Shown here: positions 9,389-17,693 of the stretch, piece by piece | Position numbering within the stretch: the first letter of the stretch is position 1 | How the letters are laid out: each line of letters opens with the position of its first letter | NCBI GenBank assembly: GCA_964588305.1 | Contig: CAZPOP010000006.1 | Span: 7,465 to 71,464 of the forward strand | Origin: an uncultured Ignavibacteria bacterium | GTDB taxonomy: Bacteria > Zixibacteria > MSB-5A5 > SM1-73 | Length of the DNA stretch: 64,000 nucleotides | Direction of reading: 5' to 3' | Program-made: the position numbers and the translations under genes | The notes under the pieces: model-generated | What the model was told of the DNA's origin: nothing | The model's database searches: none | Seen by the model: the letters and a program-made list of their open reading frames with translations, nothing else

Positions 9389-10573
9389 CTACCGACTTAT
9401 CTCTTTCAAAAAGCTTACCCCATTTTTGGTGCCACCGATATTGAAAATCTCCGCTGTGGTCTTGCCCACGTCTGAAAAAGACTTTCTGATTCCCAAGTTT
9501 ACATTGTTCTTTACCGATCTCCCATATACCAGAAGAGGAACGTATTCTCGGGAATGATCGGTGCTTGGGGTGGTGGGATCACAACCGTGATCTGCGGTTA
9601 TCATCAACAGATCATCCGGGCCCAATAAATCCAGAACCTCAGGCAGCCTTCGATCGAAATCCTTCAATCCCAAAGCAAATGCTTGTGGATCGTTCCGGTG
9701 TCCCCACAGCATGTCGAAATCGATCAAATTTATGAACAGAAGGCCTCTTTGTGATTTCTTCATCGCCCCCACTAACTTGTCCATTCCGTCTGAGTTATTC
9801 TTGGTGTGAACACTTTCGGTCAGACCTCTCCGCGCGAAAAGATCCTCGATCTTTCCCATCCCGATTACCGGGATGCTGTTTTTCTTCAATATGTCCAGGA
9901 CAGTCTCTTCAGGAGGGGGGAGAGAAAAATCCTTTCTTCTCTCCGTTCTCTTGAAGGACCCCGGCTTTCCCACAAAAGGACGGGCAATTACCCTGGCTAC
10001 TCCGTGTTTGCCTGTCAGAATATTTCGGGCCCTAATGCACATTTCGTAGAGTTGGCTCACCTGAATGATCTCTTCGTGTGCCGCTATTTGAAAAACGCTG
10101 TCTGCTGACGTGTAAACGATAGGACGACCGGTTCTGATATGCTCTTCTCCTAATTCCTTTATGATCTCAGTCCCGGAGGCGGGCTTGTTTCCTAATCCCT
10201 TTGAGCCTACGGTCTTTTCAAACGGTTCGATTATCTCTGGCGGAAATCCTTGAGGATAGACCGGAAACGGTTTCCTCAATATCAATCCCATGATCTCCCA
10301 ATGTCCGGAGGTACTATCCTTACCGGCAGATAGTTCTGCCATTTTCCCATAGTTACCCGATGGCTCCGTCTGTCGACTTACGCCGGGAATCGACTCAATA
10401 TGGCCTAGACCCAGCTTCCCTAGATTGGGCAATTTCAACCCACCCACCGCCTTGGCAGTATTCACTATGGTATTCGACCCCTCATCTCCGTACAGATGAG
10501 CGTCCGGCAGTTCCCCGATGCCACAGGCGTCCAGAATAATCAGGATTACTCTCTTCATCATGGTTTCCCGCAC
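9389..10573 (-). CDS. deoB: Phosphopentomutase
   Basis: 394 aa. N-terminal [17 protein letters not shown] metal-binding motif. C-terminal [10 protein letters not shown]. Forms a deoB-cdd operon on the minus strand. Confidence 0.9.
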   Translation of the reverse strand: MRETMMKRVILIILDACGIGELPDAHLYGDEGSNTIVNTAKAVGGLKLPNLGKLGLGHIESIPGVSRQTEPSGNYGKMAELSAGKDSTSGHWEIMGLILRKPFPVYPQGFPPEIIEPFEKTVGSKGLGNKPASGTEIIKELGEEHIRTGRPIVYTSADSVFQIAAHEEIIQVSQLYEMCIRARNILTGKHGVARVIARPFVGKPGSFKRTERRKDFSLPPPEETVLDILKKNSIPVIGMGKIEDLFARRGLTESVHTKNNSDGMDKLVGAMKKSQRGLLFINLIDFDMLWGHRNDPQAFALGLKDFDRRLPEVLDLLGPDDLLMITADHGCDPTTPSTDHSREYVPLLVYGRSVKNNVNLGIRKSFSDVGKTTAEIFNIGGTKNGVSFLKEISR

Positions 10574-11491
10574 TCACCGTGATAGACTTTTCAAATCTAA
10601 CAGGAGAAAGTGCATTTGTAAAGGGAAATAACGGAGGAGTTGGGGATATTCACTGGATCTCAGAGCTTGTGTTCCGGACACGATCATTATCAATCTAAAG
10701 ACCGACCATAATCGGGGACGATAACTCTCGCACCGTTTATAAAACATCTCCCGTCGAGGGATTTGGGTCGTGGAAAATCTGAATGGATTGTTCCAACCCA
10801 CCCCGATTTCGGAGACTCGCCCTCCGGGCCGTATCCAGTTAAGCGGACATACGATTCTGGTGCTGACGCTGATAGGTTGAGACCATCGAGCCGCCCTTAA
10901 ACCTCTATCAGATTTGCTGGTATGAATCACTTCCATCTTCCCATTGAATTCCTGCATGCGTAGTATTAACCCACGTTAACAAGCTATATATAGTGGCAGT
11001 AGCTTTAGATACACAACATACTGAGACAAGTAAGAGTGATCCTGCTCAACAATTGAGCAAACTCATTGCCTGACATAGGCCTGAATGTATTGGTCAGAAT
11101 ACAGTACTAAGATGACGCAACAAACTTGACTGATATTCAAGAAAAAGCTTGACAAACTTTAGCAACGGGTTATATTGTGTCTGTCAAATCTGACATGATC
11201 GTGGGAGTTTAGAAGTGCAAGAAAGGGGTTGTCTGGAAGGGATTCTCGTCCGGATGACCTGAGATAGCCGATTCTGGCTTCGTGGGGCATTCCGATCTGT
11301 CGGTCCTTTCCAACAGACTAAAGACGGTGAATATTCTTCTGAGAAAGAAGTGAGTGGGTTGCTGCGTTCTGGATTCACGTCAGGCCATGATTGTTCTTCT
11401 TATTGTAAACGGAAAGAGGGAGCGGTCATTTGCACTACCCGATCCCGGAGCTTGTAAGGTATTTGACGAACTGAGTTTTTGAGGAAGGCAC

Positions 11492-12331
11492 ATGGATCAG
11501 CAACTGGACGGTTTGCGAGGGGAAGTGAAGGGTGCAGATAATAGAAAAGAGGGCACAAGCAGAGGAGTAGAACGCTCCGACCACCATCGGAGGATCGCGT
11601 ATTTGCCGGCAGGATCGAACGGTTTTTCCTCTAAGCCGCTTCTTGTGACCTGGGCTGAAAGCTTCATCTTTGCTGGGAGTTCTGCGCTGTTGTTGCTGGT
11701 GGTCAATCTCCTGCCTCAGTATTGGTACGTTTCCTTTTTTGCCTTAACCCCGTTCCTACTTAGAATCATCAAAGCTCGACCAAGCGAGTCTTTGAGGCTG
11801 GGGTTTCTTTTTGGTCTCTCCTTTTTTACCGTTTCAGTAATTGATTCCCCGTCCGCATATCCTTTTCCTCCCCTCCTGAAACTGCTTTGCGGCGCGGGGC
11901 TTTTTGCGCTGTTCGGTTGGTCAGTGGGATGGGCACGTCATCGCTGGGGATTCAATCCTGCTATTGTTGCCTTGCTCTGGGTTGGGTTAGAAATCGGGCT
12001 GGTGAGACTTGGACTGGTCGGTGGGCTCTTAGGAGAAGCGGACCTTTCGCAGCCCTTCTTTGGCGGTCTAGTCACGCTTTTCGGGTTTCTTGCCGTTTCG
12101 GCTATTATCGTACTTCTTAATTCCTTATTAGTTCTTCTAATCCTCAAGACCCTCTCGCTCAAAATACCCAGGGGGAAGATAGTCCAGGAGGATGAAAGGA
12201 GAACGGATCTTTTCTCCACCCCCTGGTTTGTGACCCAAAGAGTTTACCTAGTTCCCGAGGGCCGCGCCCCACCTTATATCATCACTGGAGTGTCAAGCCG
12301 CCAGGGTCTCCGACTTCAGCTTGACGAATAG
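11492..12331 (+). CDS. Polytopic membrane protein of unknown function (about 6 TM helices), directly upstream of the two CTERM-tagged proteins
   Basis: 279 aa. Hydrophilic 60-aa N-terminus, then six hydrophobic helices. Single Cys (LLCGAGLFALFGW) and ARHRWGFNP loop. No family recognised from memory. Confidence 0.55.
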   Translation: MDQQLDGLRGEVKGADNRKEGTSRGVERSDHHRRIAYLPAGSNGFSSKPLLVTWAESFIFAGSSALLLLVVNLLPQYWYVSFFALTPFLLRIIKARPSESLRLGFLFGLSFFTVSVIDSPSAYPFPPLLKLLCGAGLFALFGWSVGWARHRWGFNPAIVALLWVGLEIGLVRLGLVGGLLGEADLSQPFFGGLVTLFGFLAVSAIIVLLNSLLVLLILKTLSLKIPRGKIVQEDERRTDLFSTPWFVTQRVYLVPEGRAPPYIITGVSSRQGLRLQLDE

Positions 12332-12478
12332 ACTTTGGAGTATCAAGCTTTAGCTTGATCCTGGTAAACCCAAAGGTTTACACTCCAGTTTTAGAAAGGT
12401 AGAGAGATGAAAAGAAAACAGGTGAAACTAAGATTGTATAGACGAAGGTTTTTTGAAGTTTGAAGGGAGAAGAAAGCA

Positions 12479-13477
12479 ATGAAAACCAAACTCTTTATAA
12501 TCACAGTAATAATCGCTATGCTCGCATTTGGAGTTGTCTTGGCCCGCGGCGATGTGTGGGCACAACAAGATGACACTGACCCGGAAGCGCTTGACCCGAA
12601 GAGTCCGATAGACGCGAAGTTTTCCAACGACCCTGACAAAAAGGCTGCGGGCGGGGCTATCAACGGCGAGGAACCTGGACAGATGCTGCAAACGAAAATC
12701 CCTGATGACTCCGCTGGAACTTATCCTAAGAACGATAGTCTGAACCCCAACTACCGCGAAGTTGACGCCGTAGCCAATCGGGGGGACGCCGCATTCGGAA
12801 GGGTCATAGCTAACACCGCGACTCTGCTAATCTCAATCAAGAATGACACCAAGGTCAAGGGTTATTGGAAGGTCTGGTATGAAACCTCGGCTGGTAATAG
12901 GGGTGTGAGGTGGAACGGCGACGATTTCAATAACCCTGACAATGACAGCCTCAATGATCTAGACGGGTTGCAGCTTTATGGGGGAGCGGCTAACAGGTAC
13001 TCCGAGCAATCAGACCCTGTGGGCTCGGTCCTAAAGGGGGACGGCGCTGAGTACGTTCCGCACGCTGACATCGTAGCCGCGGTCACCTCCCTCGGGTGGA
13101 ACGGTGTTGGCGATATTGACCTTGACGCACTGATGGTCTGGGATAGGTCTCCATACGGGGAATGGAGCGCCCCGGACACGATCATCTTCAGCATCCGTGC
13201 AGCCGGCAACTGGGATGGTGGGGAAATAGTGGTTTTGCCAAGTGGGGGAACAGCGTTCTTCTTGGTCCACGGTCGTCACGAATGGAACACGGCGTTCAAC
13301 GTACGCCAGGCTTTTGGCGTGGATACCGAAGAGGTCGATGCGATCGAGGCTTATCCAACATGGTATCAACAGACCCCTACTCTCACCCAATGGGGCCTAG
13401 TCATCCTGGTGGGCCTGCTTATCCTCAGCACGGTGTTTGTCATACTCAGGAGGAGGAAAGGGCCGGTTCCTGCGTAA
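12479..13477 (+). CDS. Secreted protein with IPTL-CTERM / PEP-CTERM-like C-terminal sorting signal
   Basis: Signal peptide MKTKLFIITVIIAMLAFGVVLARG. C-terminus TPTLTQWGLVILVGLLILSTVFVILRRRKGPVPA = motif + TM helix + basic cluster. Confidence 0.8.
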   Translation: MKTKLFIITVIIAMLAFGVVLARGDVWAQQDDTDPEALDPKSPIDAKFSNDPDKKAAGGAINGEEPGQMLQTKIPDDSAGTYPKNDSLNPNYREVDAVANRGDAAFGRVIANTATLLISIKNDTKVKGYWKVWYETSAGNRGVRWNGDDFNNPDNDSLNDLDGLQLYGGAANRYSEQSDPVGSVLKGDGAEYVPHADIVAAVTSLGWNGVGDIDLDALMVWDRSPYGEWSAPDTIIFSIRAAGNWDGGEIVVLPSGGTAFFLVHGRHEWNTAFNVRQAFGVDTEEVDAIEAYPTWYQQTPTLTQWGLVILVGLLILSTVFVILRRRKGPVPA

Positions 13478-13510
13478 GCGTGGAATGCTAAGCCGTGTTC
13501 GTCTTTGATG

Positions 13511-13535
13511 GGGCAGAGGTTCAACCCCTGCCCCA
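13511..13535 (+). terminator. Hairpin downstream of 12479..13477 (ggggcag-N10-ctgcccc)
   Basis: 7-bp GC stem read directly. No clear U-run. Confidence 0.35.
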
Positions 13536-13599
13536 AACGGAGACACCAGTCTTGATGAAGGTTCTCCCCAAACGCAAGGACGGTAAAATTCAATCTAAG

Positions 13600-13632
13600 G
13601 GTGGCATAAAGCCCCTTTCGGAAAATCCGAAA
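13600..13632 (+). terminator. Hairpin (aagcccctttcgg aaaat ccgaaaggggctt)
   Basis: 13-bp perfect stem immediately upstream of the 13654 start. Confidence 0.4.
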
Positions 13633-13653
13633 GGGGCTTAGTATTCTGAGCCG

Positions 13654-14376
13654 ATGATTACCCCTTCCTTCCCAGGATATGAAAACACATCGACGCAGGC
13701 TGCGTCCGCAAATGTGATCTATACCCAATGTTGCTGCTGCTGCGGTTTTACGCAGGATGATGTCTACCAGGACATAATAAGCTCCACTGGAAATATAGGG
13801 CAGTTCCCCGAAGAGGAAACTCTAAGTATCCACAATTGGATTGCGGATAACTGCTCACTGTGTTCGCTTCAGATACAAATCGCCCATAAGGGTTATCTTG
13901 ACACAAGTGTAACCCCGTGGGATACGGTTTCGCCAGTCAATCCGGAAAGCGTCTCCTTTGCCTGGGCACACAAAGAGGCTCTTTTTGGCAAACACGTCAA
14001 GATATGGGTCGTGAGTTTGAGCATGCTCTCGCTTCCTCCCTCTCCCACCGGCAAGCAAAATCTAAGCCAGGAGTTGACCTATAGATGGGGTTCCAGCAGT
14101 GCTGCGGTTGTCCACGACCCCGATTGTGACATGAGTGGAACCGATAACGACCAGTACATAGTCGGATCAGATGCTAACGGTGAGTATCTGCAAGATTATT
14201 TCGGCCCGGGGATTCACGGTTACTTGCAGGGAGTGGTTTCGGTTTCTGGCCCCGGTAGGTGTGAATACTGTGCTCCTTCCTTGACTGAGTTAGGCAGGAT
14301 ATTTCTGATTGTTGTAATACTGGGCAGTGCAGTGTTCATCATGCTGCGAAGGAGAAAAACGGCAGTTCCAGCGTAA
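13654..14376 (+). CDS. Paralogous tail protein with PEP-CTERM/IPTL-like C-terminus, no recognisable N-terminal signal peptide, poly-Cys stretch
   Basis: C-terminus APSLTELGRIFLIVVILGSAVFIMLRRRKTAVPA closely parallels the previous gene (…LRRRKGPVPA). In-frame TAG four codons upstream of the ATG rules out a longer N-terminus. Contains CCCCCG. Confidence 0.65.
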   Translation: MITPSFPGYENTSTQAASANVIYTQCCCCCGFTQDDVYQDIISSTGNIGQFPEEETLSIHNWIADNCSLCSLQIQIAHKGYLDTSVTPWDTVSPVNPESVSFAWAHKEALFGKHVKIWVVSLSMLSLPPSPTGKQNLSQELTYRWGSSSAAVVHDPDCDMSGTDNDQYIVGSDANGEYLQDYFGPGIHGYLQGVVSVSGPGRCEYCAPSLTELGRIFLIVVILGSAVFIMLRRRKTAVPA

Positions 14377-14407
14377 GGTCGAAATACCTGTTCTGCTCAA
14401 CCGCAGA

Positions 14408-14447
14408 TGCAAAGCCCCTGCGCGGTCCTTCCGCAGGGGGGCTTGTC
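14408..14447 (+). terminator. Hairpin terminator-like element (aagcccctgcg...cgcagggggctt)
   Basis: 11-bp GC-rich stem after the stop at 14376, followed by gtcttcttg. Confidence 0.45.
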
Positions 14448-14656
14448 TTCTTGCCCCTTACCGCCGTCATTCTAAGCCAAAGGTCGAATTACTTTAAGCC
14501 AAACCCCCTTGGTCGCGCCCTTCGGTGTGTCTGGACCTGTAAGGATGTGCTCGAGCTCAGGGTCGAAGACTCAGCGTGACAGGTACGATTTCCGATTCTT
14601 TCGTCCCTGTTTGCTGCCTGGTGTCTGCTGAAATCTCACTTCTGTGCATTTTTTTC

Positions 14657-14686
14657 TTGACAAGGCATCCTGATCCCTTTATTAAT
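14657..14686 (+). promoter_or_regulatory. Sigma70-type promoter TTGACA-17-TATTAAT upstream of rex
   Basis: ttgaca (14657-14662), 17-nt spacer, tattaat (14680-14686). Confidence 0.6.
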
Positions 14687-14687
14687 A

Positions 14688-14705
14688 TTGTGAAATAGTT
14701 CACAA
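14688..14705 (+). promoter_or_regulatory. Rex operator (TTGTGAA-N4-TTCACAA) overlapping the promoter -10/+1
   Basis: Perfect match to the Rex-box consensus TTGTGAAnnnnTTCACAA. Lies immediately upstream of rex, implying autoregulation. Confidence 0.7.
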
Positions 14706-14790
14706 ATTCGGTTGGTGCTATCACGTGGTGAGCTTGTGAGTTTATTTGAGTTTTTGGGGAGGCTGAGTCCTTTCAGCAAAGGAGTTTCTA

Positions 14791-15483
14791 TTGAAGGAGA
14801 AATCAGACAAGATGCAATCTAAAGAATCTCGCCCCCGATTGGCTGACGGCAAGGTATCTGAGTCCACGATCCGAAGGCTTTCTTTGTATTATCGCAGTTT
14901 AGTCGGTTTCGAGAAGGAAAAGTGCAAGACAGTTTCCTCTAAGGATCTTGCCAAAGAGGGGAGGTTAACCCCGGCTCAGGTCAGAAAGGACTTGTCCTTT
15001 TTCGGCAGCTTCGGCACCCGCGGATTAGGCTACCCGGTTCAGGAATTAAAGGATAAAATTGCGCGAATTCTCGGGCTGAACAGAACCTGGAGTGTGGCAT
15101 TGGTGGGGGTGGGAAATGTGGGATCTGCCTTGGTTTCGTATAAGGAATTTCCAAAGCAGGGATTCAACATCAAGTTGCTCTTCGACAACGATCAGAGGAA
15201 GATCAACAAGAATCACAAGGGGATCACAGTCTCCGACGTGGCAGATCTGCCCCTCAAACTCAAAGAACATAAAATTGACATGGTGATCCTTGCCGTACCT
15301 GCCGCAGCAGCACAGATGGTCGCCGACGACGTGGTATCAGCCGGGGTAAAGAGTATCCTCAACTTCGCTCCCGCCCACATACAGGTTCCGAGCGACGTGA
15401 CCTTGCGCTCGGTGAATATGGCTATGGAACTGGAGCACCTCTCCTTTTCATTGGTAAACAGGGGCTCTACGGTCGAGGTCTAA
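14791..15483 (+). CDS. rex: Redox-sensing transcriptional repressor Rex
   Basis: N-terminal winged-helix (IRRLSLYYRSL...RKDLSFFGSFGTRGLGY) and Rossmann NADH-binding domain (VALVGVGNVGSAL). Strong match to Bacillus Rex. Confidence 0.9.
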   Translation: MKEKSDKMQSKESRPRLADGKVSESTIRRLSLYYRSLVGFEKEKCKTVSSKDLAKEGRLTPAQVRKDLSFFGSFGTRGLGYPVQELKDKIARILGLNRTWSVALVGVGNVGSALVSYKEFPKQGFNIKLLFDNDQRKINKNHKGITVSDVADLPLKLKEHKIDMVILAVPAAAAQMVADDVVSAGVKSILNFAPAHIQVPSDVTLRSVNMAMELEHLSFSLVNRGSTVEV

Positions 15484-15769
15484 CCCCAGTTCTTGTGTTC
15501 TATCCATCGGGGGCTCATTCCGAGATGAAGACGTCTCGTTTGGCTAAACTTAATAGTATTTGGCCTATCAAAAGCGGTTTTTCCCGATTTAGAGAAGGCT
15601 CCGTCTTCGCAGATTACTCTTTGAACTGGATAACCAGAGAAGTTCCGCCGCGTGATATGAAGTAAAAAACGAAAATGCATTTCAAAAGACGTGCCCTTTG
15701 CTTTTCAAGAAAGTGTCTCGATTAGCCTCTGTATAAGCGAAACATTTTCCAACTTTTTTGATTTTTTTC

Positions 15770-15799
15770 TTGACAAATTTACCATGGGGCTTATATACT
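15770..15799 (+). promoter_or_regulatory. Sigma70-type promoter TTGACA-18-TATACT
   Basis: ttgaca (15770-15775), tatact (15794-15799), about 40 nt upstream of the 15837/15849 start. Confidence 0.45.
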
Positions 15800-15848
15800 A
15801 GGGCAATTAAACTTCTTGGATGGGTGAACAAAGAGGATGGTTGGCGGA

Positions 15849-16268
15849 ATGAGACTGCATGATTCAAAGGACAAATTGGTATTGTTTGGATTGATTCTCG
15901 TCTTGGGTTTGTTTGCTTTCTCCGCGGCTCAAGAATCGGTCTGGTTCTGCCACCCTTACGGCACAGTGGAGTATCGGGGCGATTTAGCCCCAGACGGACA
16001 CGAAGCGGTGGCCACCATCGGAGGGCAGAAGTTCGCTTCATGCTTGACCAAAGATGGTCGGTACAGTCTGCTGATTCCCAAAGATGATCCGGTTACCTCC
16101 AAAAAAGAAGGTTGGGCTGAAGGAGATATCGTCGCCATCAGGGTGAACGGTTTTGCGGCCAATCCCAGATTCAAGGCTTTCGCAGGTGCCCAGCAAATAA
16201 ACCTGTATGTCTCCACGTTGGATGTTCCCCCGACCACCTGGGGCAAGATCAAGGCTCTTTTCAGATAG
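15849..16268 (+). CDS. Small secreted protein of unknown function
   Basis: Signal peptide MRLHDSKDKLVLFGLILVLGLFAFSAAQ. 139 aa (143 aa if the upstream ATG at 15837 is used). Confidence 0.6.
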   Translation: MRLHDSKDKLVLFGLILVLGLFAFSAAQESVWFCHPYGTVEYRGDLAPDGHEAVATIGGQKFASCLTKDGRYSLLIPKDDPVTSKKEGWAEGDIVAIRVNGFAANPRFKAFAGAQQINLYVSTLDVPPTTWGKIKALFR

Positions 16269-16423
16269 AATCGTGAGGATGTTTCGCGCAGAAATTGAAC
16301 GCAAGGAGACTGTTTTGGGCGAAACGGGAGCGTTTTTGTTTGAAACCAAATTTCGAATCGGATCGTAAAAAACAGGTAGATTGAGCCAATCAGAAGAATA
16401 TTTCAGCCAAAGAAGGAGAGATT

Positions 16424-16762
16424 ATGAAACTGACTAGCAAGGAAATAGGCGATGTGATGGTACTGGAACCCAAAGGGAAGATTATGGGGGGACCGGATGC
16501 CACCCTTCTGCATGACCAGTTGCACGATTTCATCGATCATGGCAAAAAGAAGGTGATCATCGATCTATCCAAGGTGGACTGGATGAATAGCACCGGACTG
16601 GGGATTCTGATTTCAGGTTTGACCACTCTGAGAAACAATGGGGGCGAGTTGAAGCTGGCAAATGTGACCGAGAAGATTCAAAGCCTTTTAACCATAACCA
16701 AGCTCATCACCGTTTTCGAATGCTTCGACTCAGTAGATGAAGCTCTGACAAGCTTCAAATAG
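16424..16762 (+). CDS. Anti-sigma-factor antagonist (STAS domain, SpoIIAA/RsbV-like)
   Basis: 112 aa. STAS pattern with conserved phosphorylatable Ser context (VDWMNSTGLGILI). Confidence 0.85.
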   Translation: MKLTSKEIGDVMVLEPKGKIMGGPDATLLHDQLHDFIDHGKKKVIIDLSKVDWMNSTGLGILISGLTTLRNNGGELKLANVTEKIQSLLTITKLITVFECFDSVDEALTSFK

Positions 16763-16808
16763 CAGAAGATCAGAATTTCGCTTTAGGTTTTCAAATAAAT
16801 CCCGGCTG

Positions 16809-16842
16809 AAAAAGGTAGGTTGACAAACCTGCCTTTTTTTGC
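16809..16842 (+). terminator. Rho-independent terminator-like hairpin plus T-run after the STAS gene
   Basis: aaaaaggtaggt-tgacaa-acctgccttttttt: 8-bp stem (one G-U pair) followed by 7 T. Confidence 0.5.
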
Positions 16843-16980
16843 CTTGAGTTTAGGGGTTGGTAGCTTATATTGAGTCAGGGATTGCATCCGCTCAGCTGCA
16901 TTCGGGGTAAACGGAGCGGCCACGGTGCATTCAATCGATCGCAGACAAGTGAACAATGACCCTATACTAGTGGAGTCCCT

Positions 16981-17451
16981 TTGAAGATGGGTCCAGCGTC
17001 AAGAAATTCCTCAAAGAAATCACAATCCATAAGAATCAAGAAAAAGAACGGCCAAATTGCAATACCTAGTTCCCTTGACTATCTGCCCAAGGTAGACGAG
17101 TATGTGGAAGGAAAACTGAGAAAACTGGGCGTGGACGAAGACAGGCTGGCAGACATTGCGGTCTCGGTCACCGAAGCCGTAACCAATGCGGTGTTGCACG
17201 GCAACAAGAATGACCTGAAGAAAAAGGTCCGAATAAGACTGAAGGCAGATTCCTCCCGGGTGGAGATCACCGTGGAGGATGAGGGGAATGGCTTCAACGC
17301 AGAGTCGATCCAAAGTCCCATAGAAGAGGGAAATCTCTTAAAAGAGGCAGGGAGAGGCATTTTCATTCTGAAGTCCTTGATGGACGAAGTCGATTTCATC
17401 GTTTTGCCGCAAAAGGGAACCGTGGTGAAGATGACAAAGTTCTTAAGCTGA
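16981..17451 (+). CDS. Anti-sigma regulatory factor, serine protein kinase (HATPase_c, SpoIIAB/RsbW-like)
   Basis: N-box AVTNAVLHGN, G1 EDEGNGF, G2 GRGIFILKSL. Confidence 0.85.
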   Translation: MKMGPASRNSSKKSQSIRIKKKNGQIAIPSSLDYLPKVDEYVEGKLRKLGVDEDRLADIAVSVTEAVTNAVLHGNKNDLKKKVRIRLKADSSRVEITVEDEGNGFNAESIQSPIEEGNLLKEAGRGIFILKSLMDEVDFIVLPQKGTVVKMTKFLS

Positions 17452-17693
17452 TTCTGAGATATTAGGGTCAATTGGTGATGTCCTGATCTTGGCTGAAAAC
17501 ACTTCTCCTGAGCCATAGGCGACGACCCTCTAACATGATTGCGGGAGTAACAAGAATTGGGAGGTAGACATCAATGCGCCGTATTCAGAATGCAATACAT
17601 GTTGAGCCGCCAAATGGCACTTGGATTTCCTTCGAACTTTCACTCTTTTGGCAGATATAATCAGTAAGCGTGTGATTTGCAGGAGCAGGTGCC

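Noticed and set aside
10574..10957. 127-aa minus-strand ORF abutting the deoB start
   Set aside because: Arg/Ser-rich with no family signal. Most likely the untranslated leader of the deoB-cdd operon.
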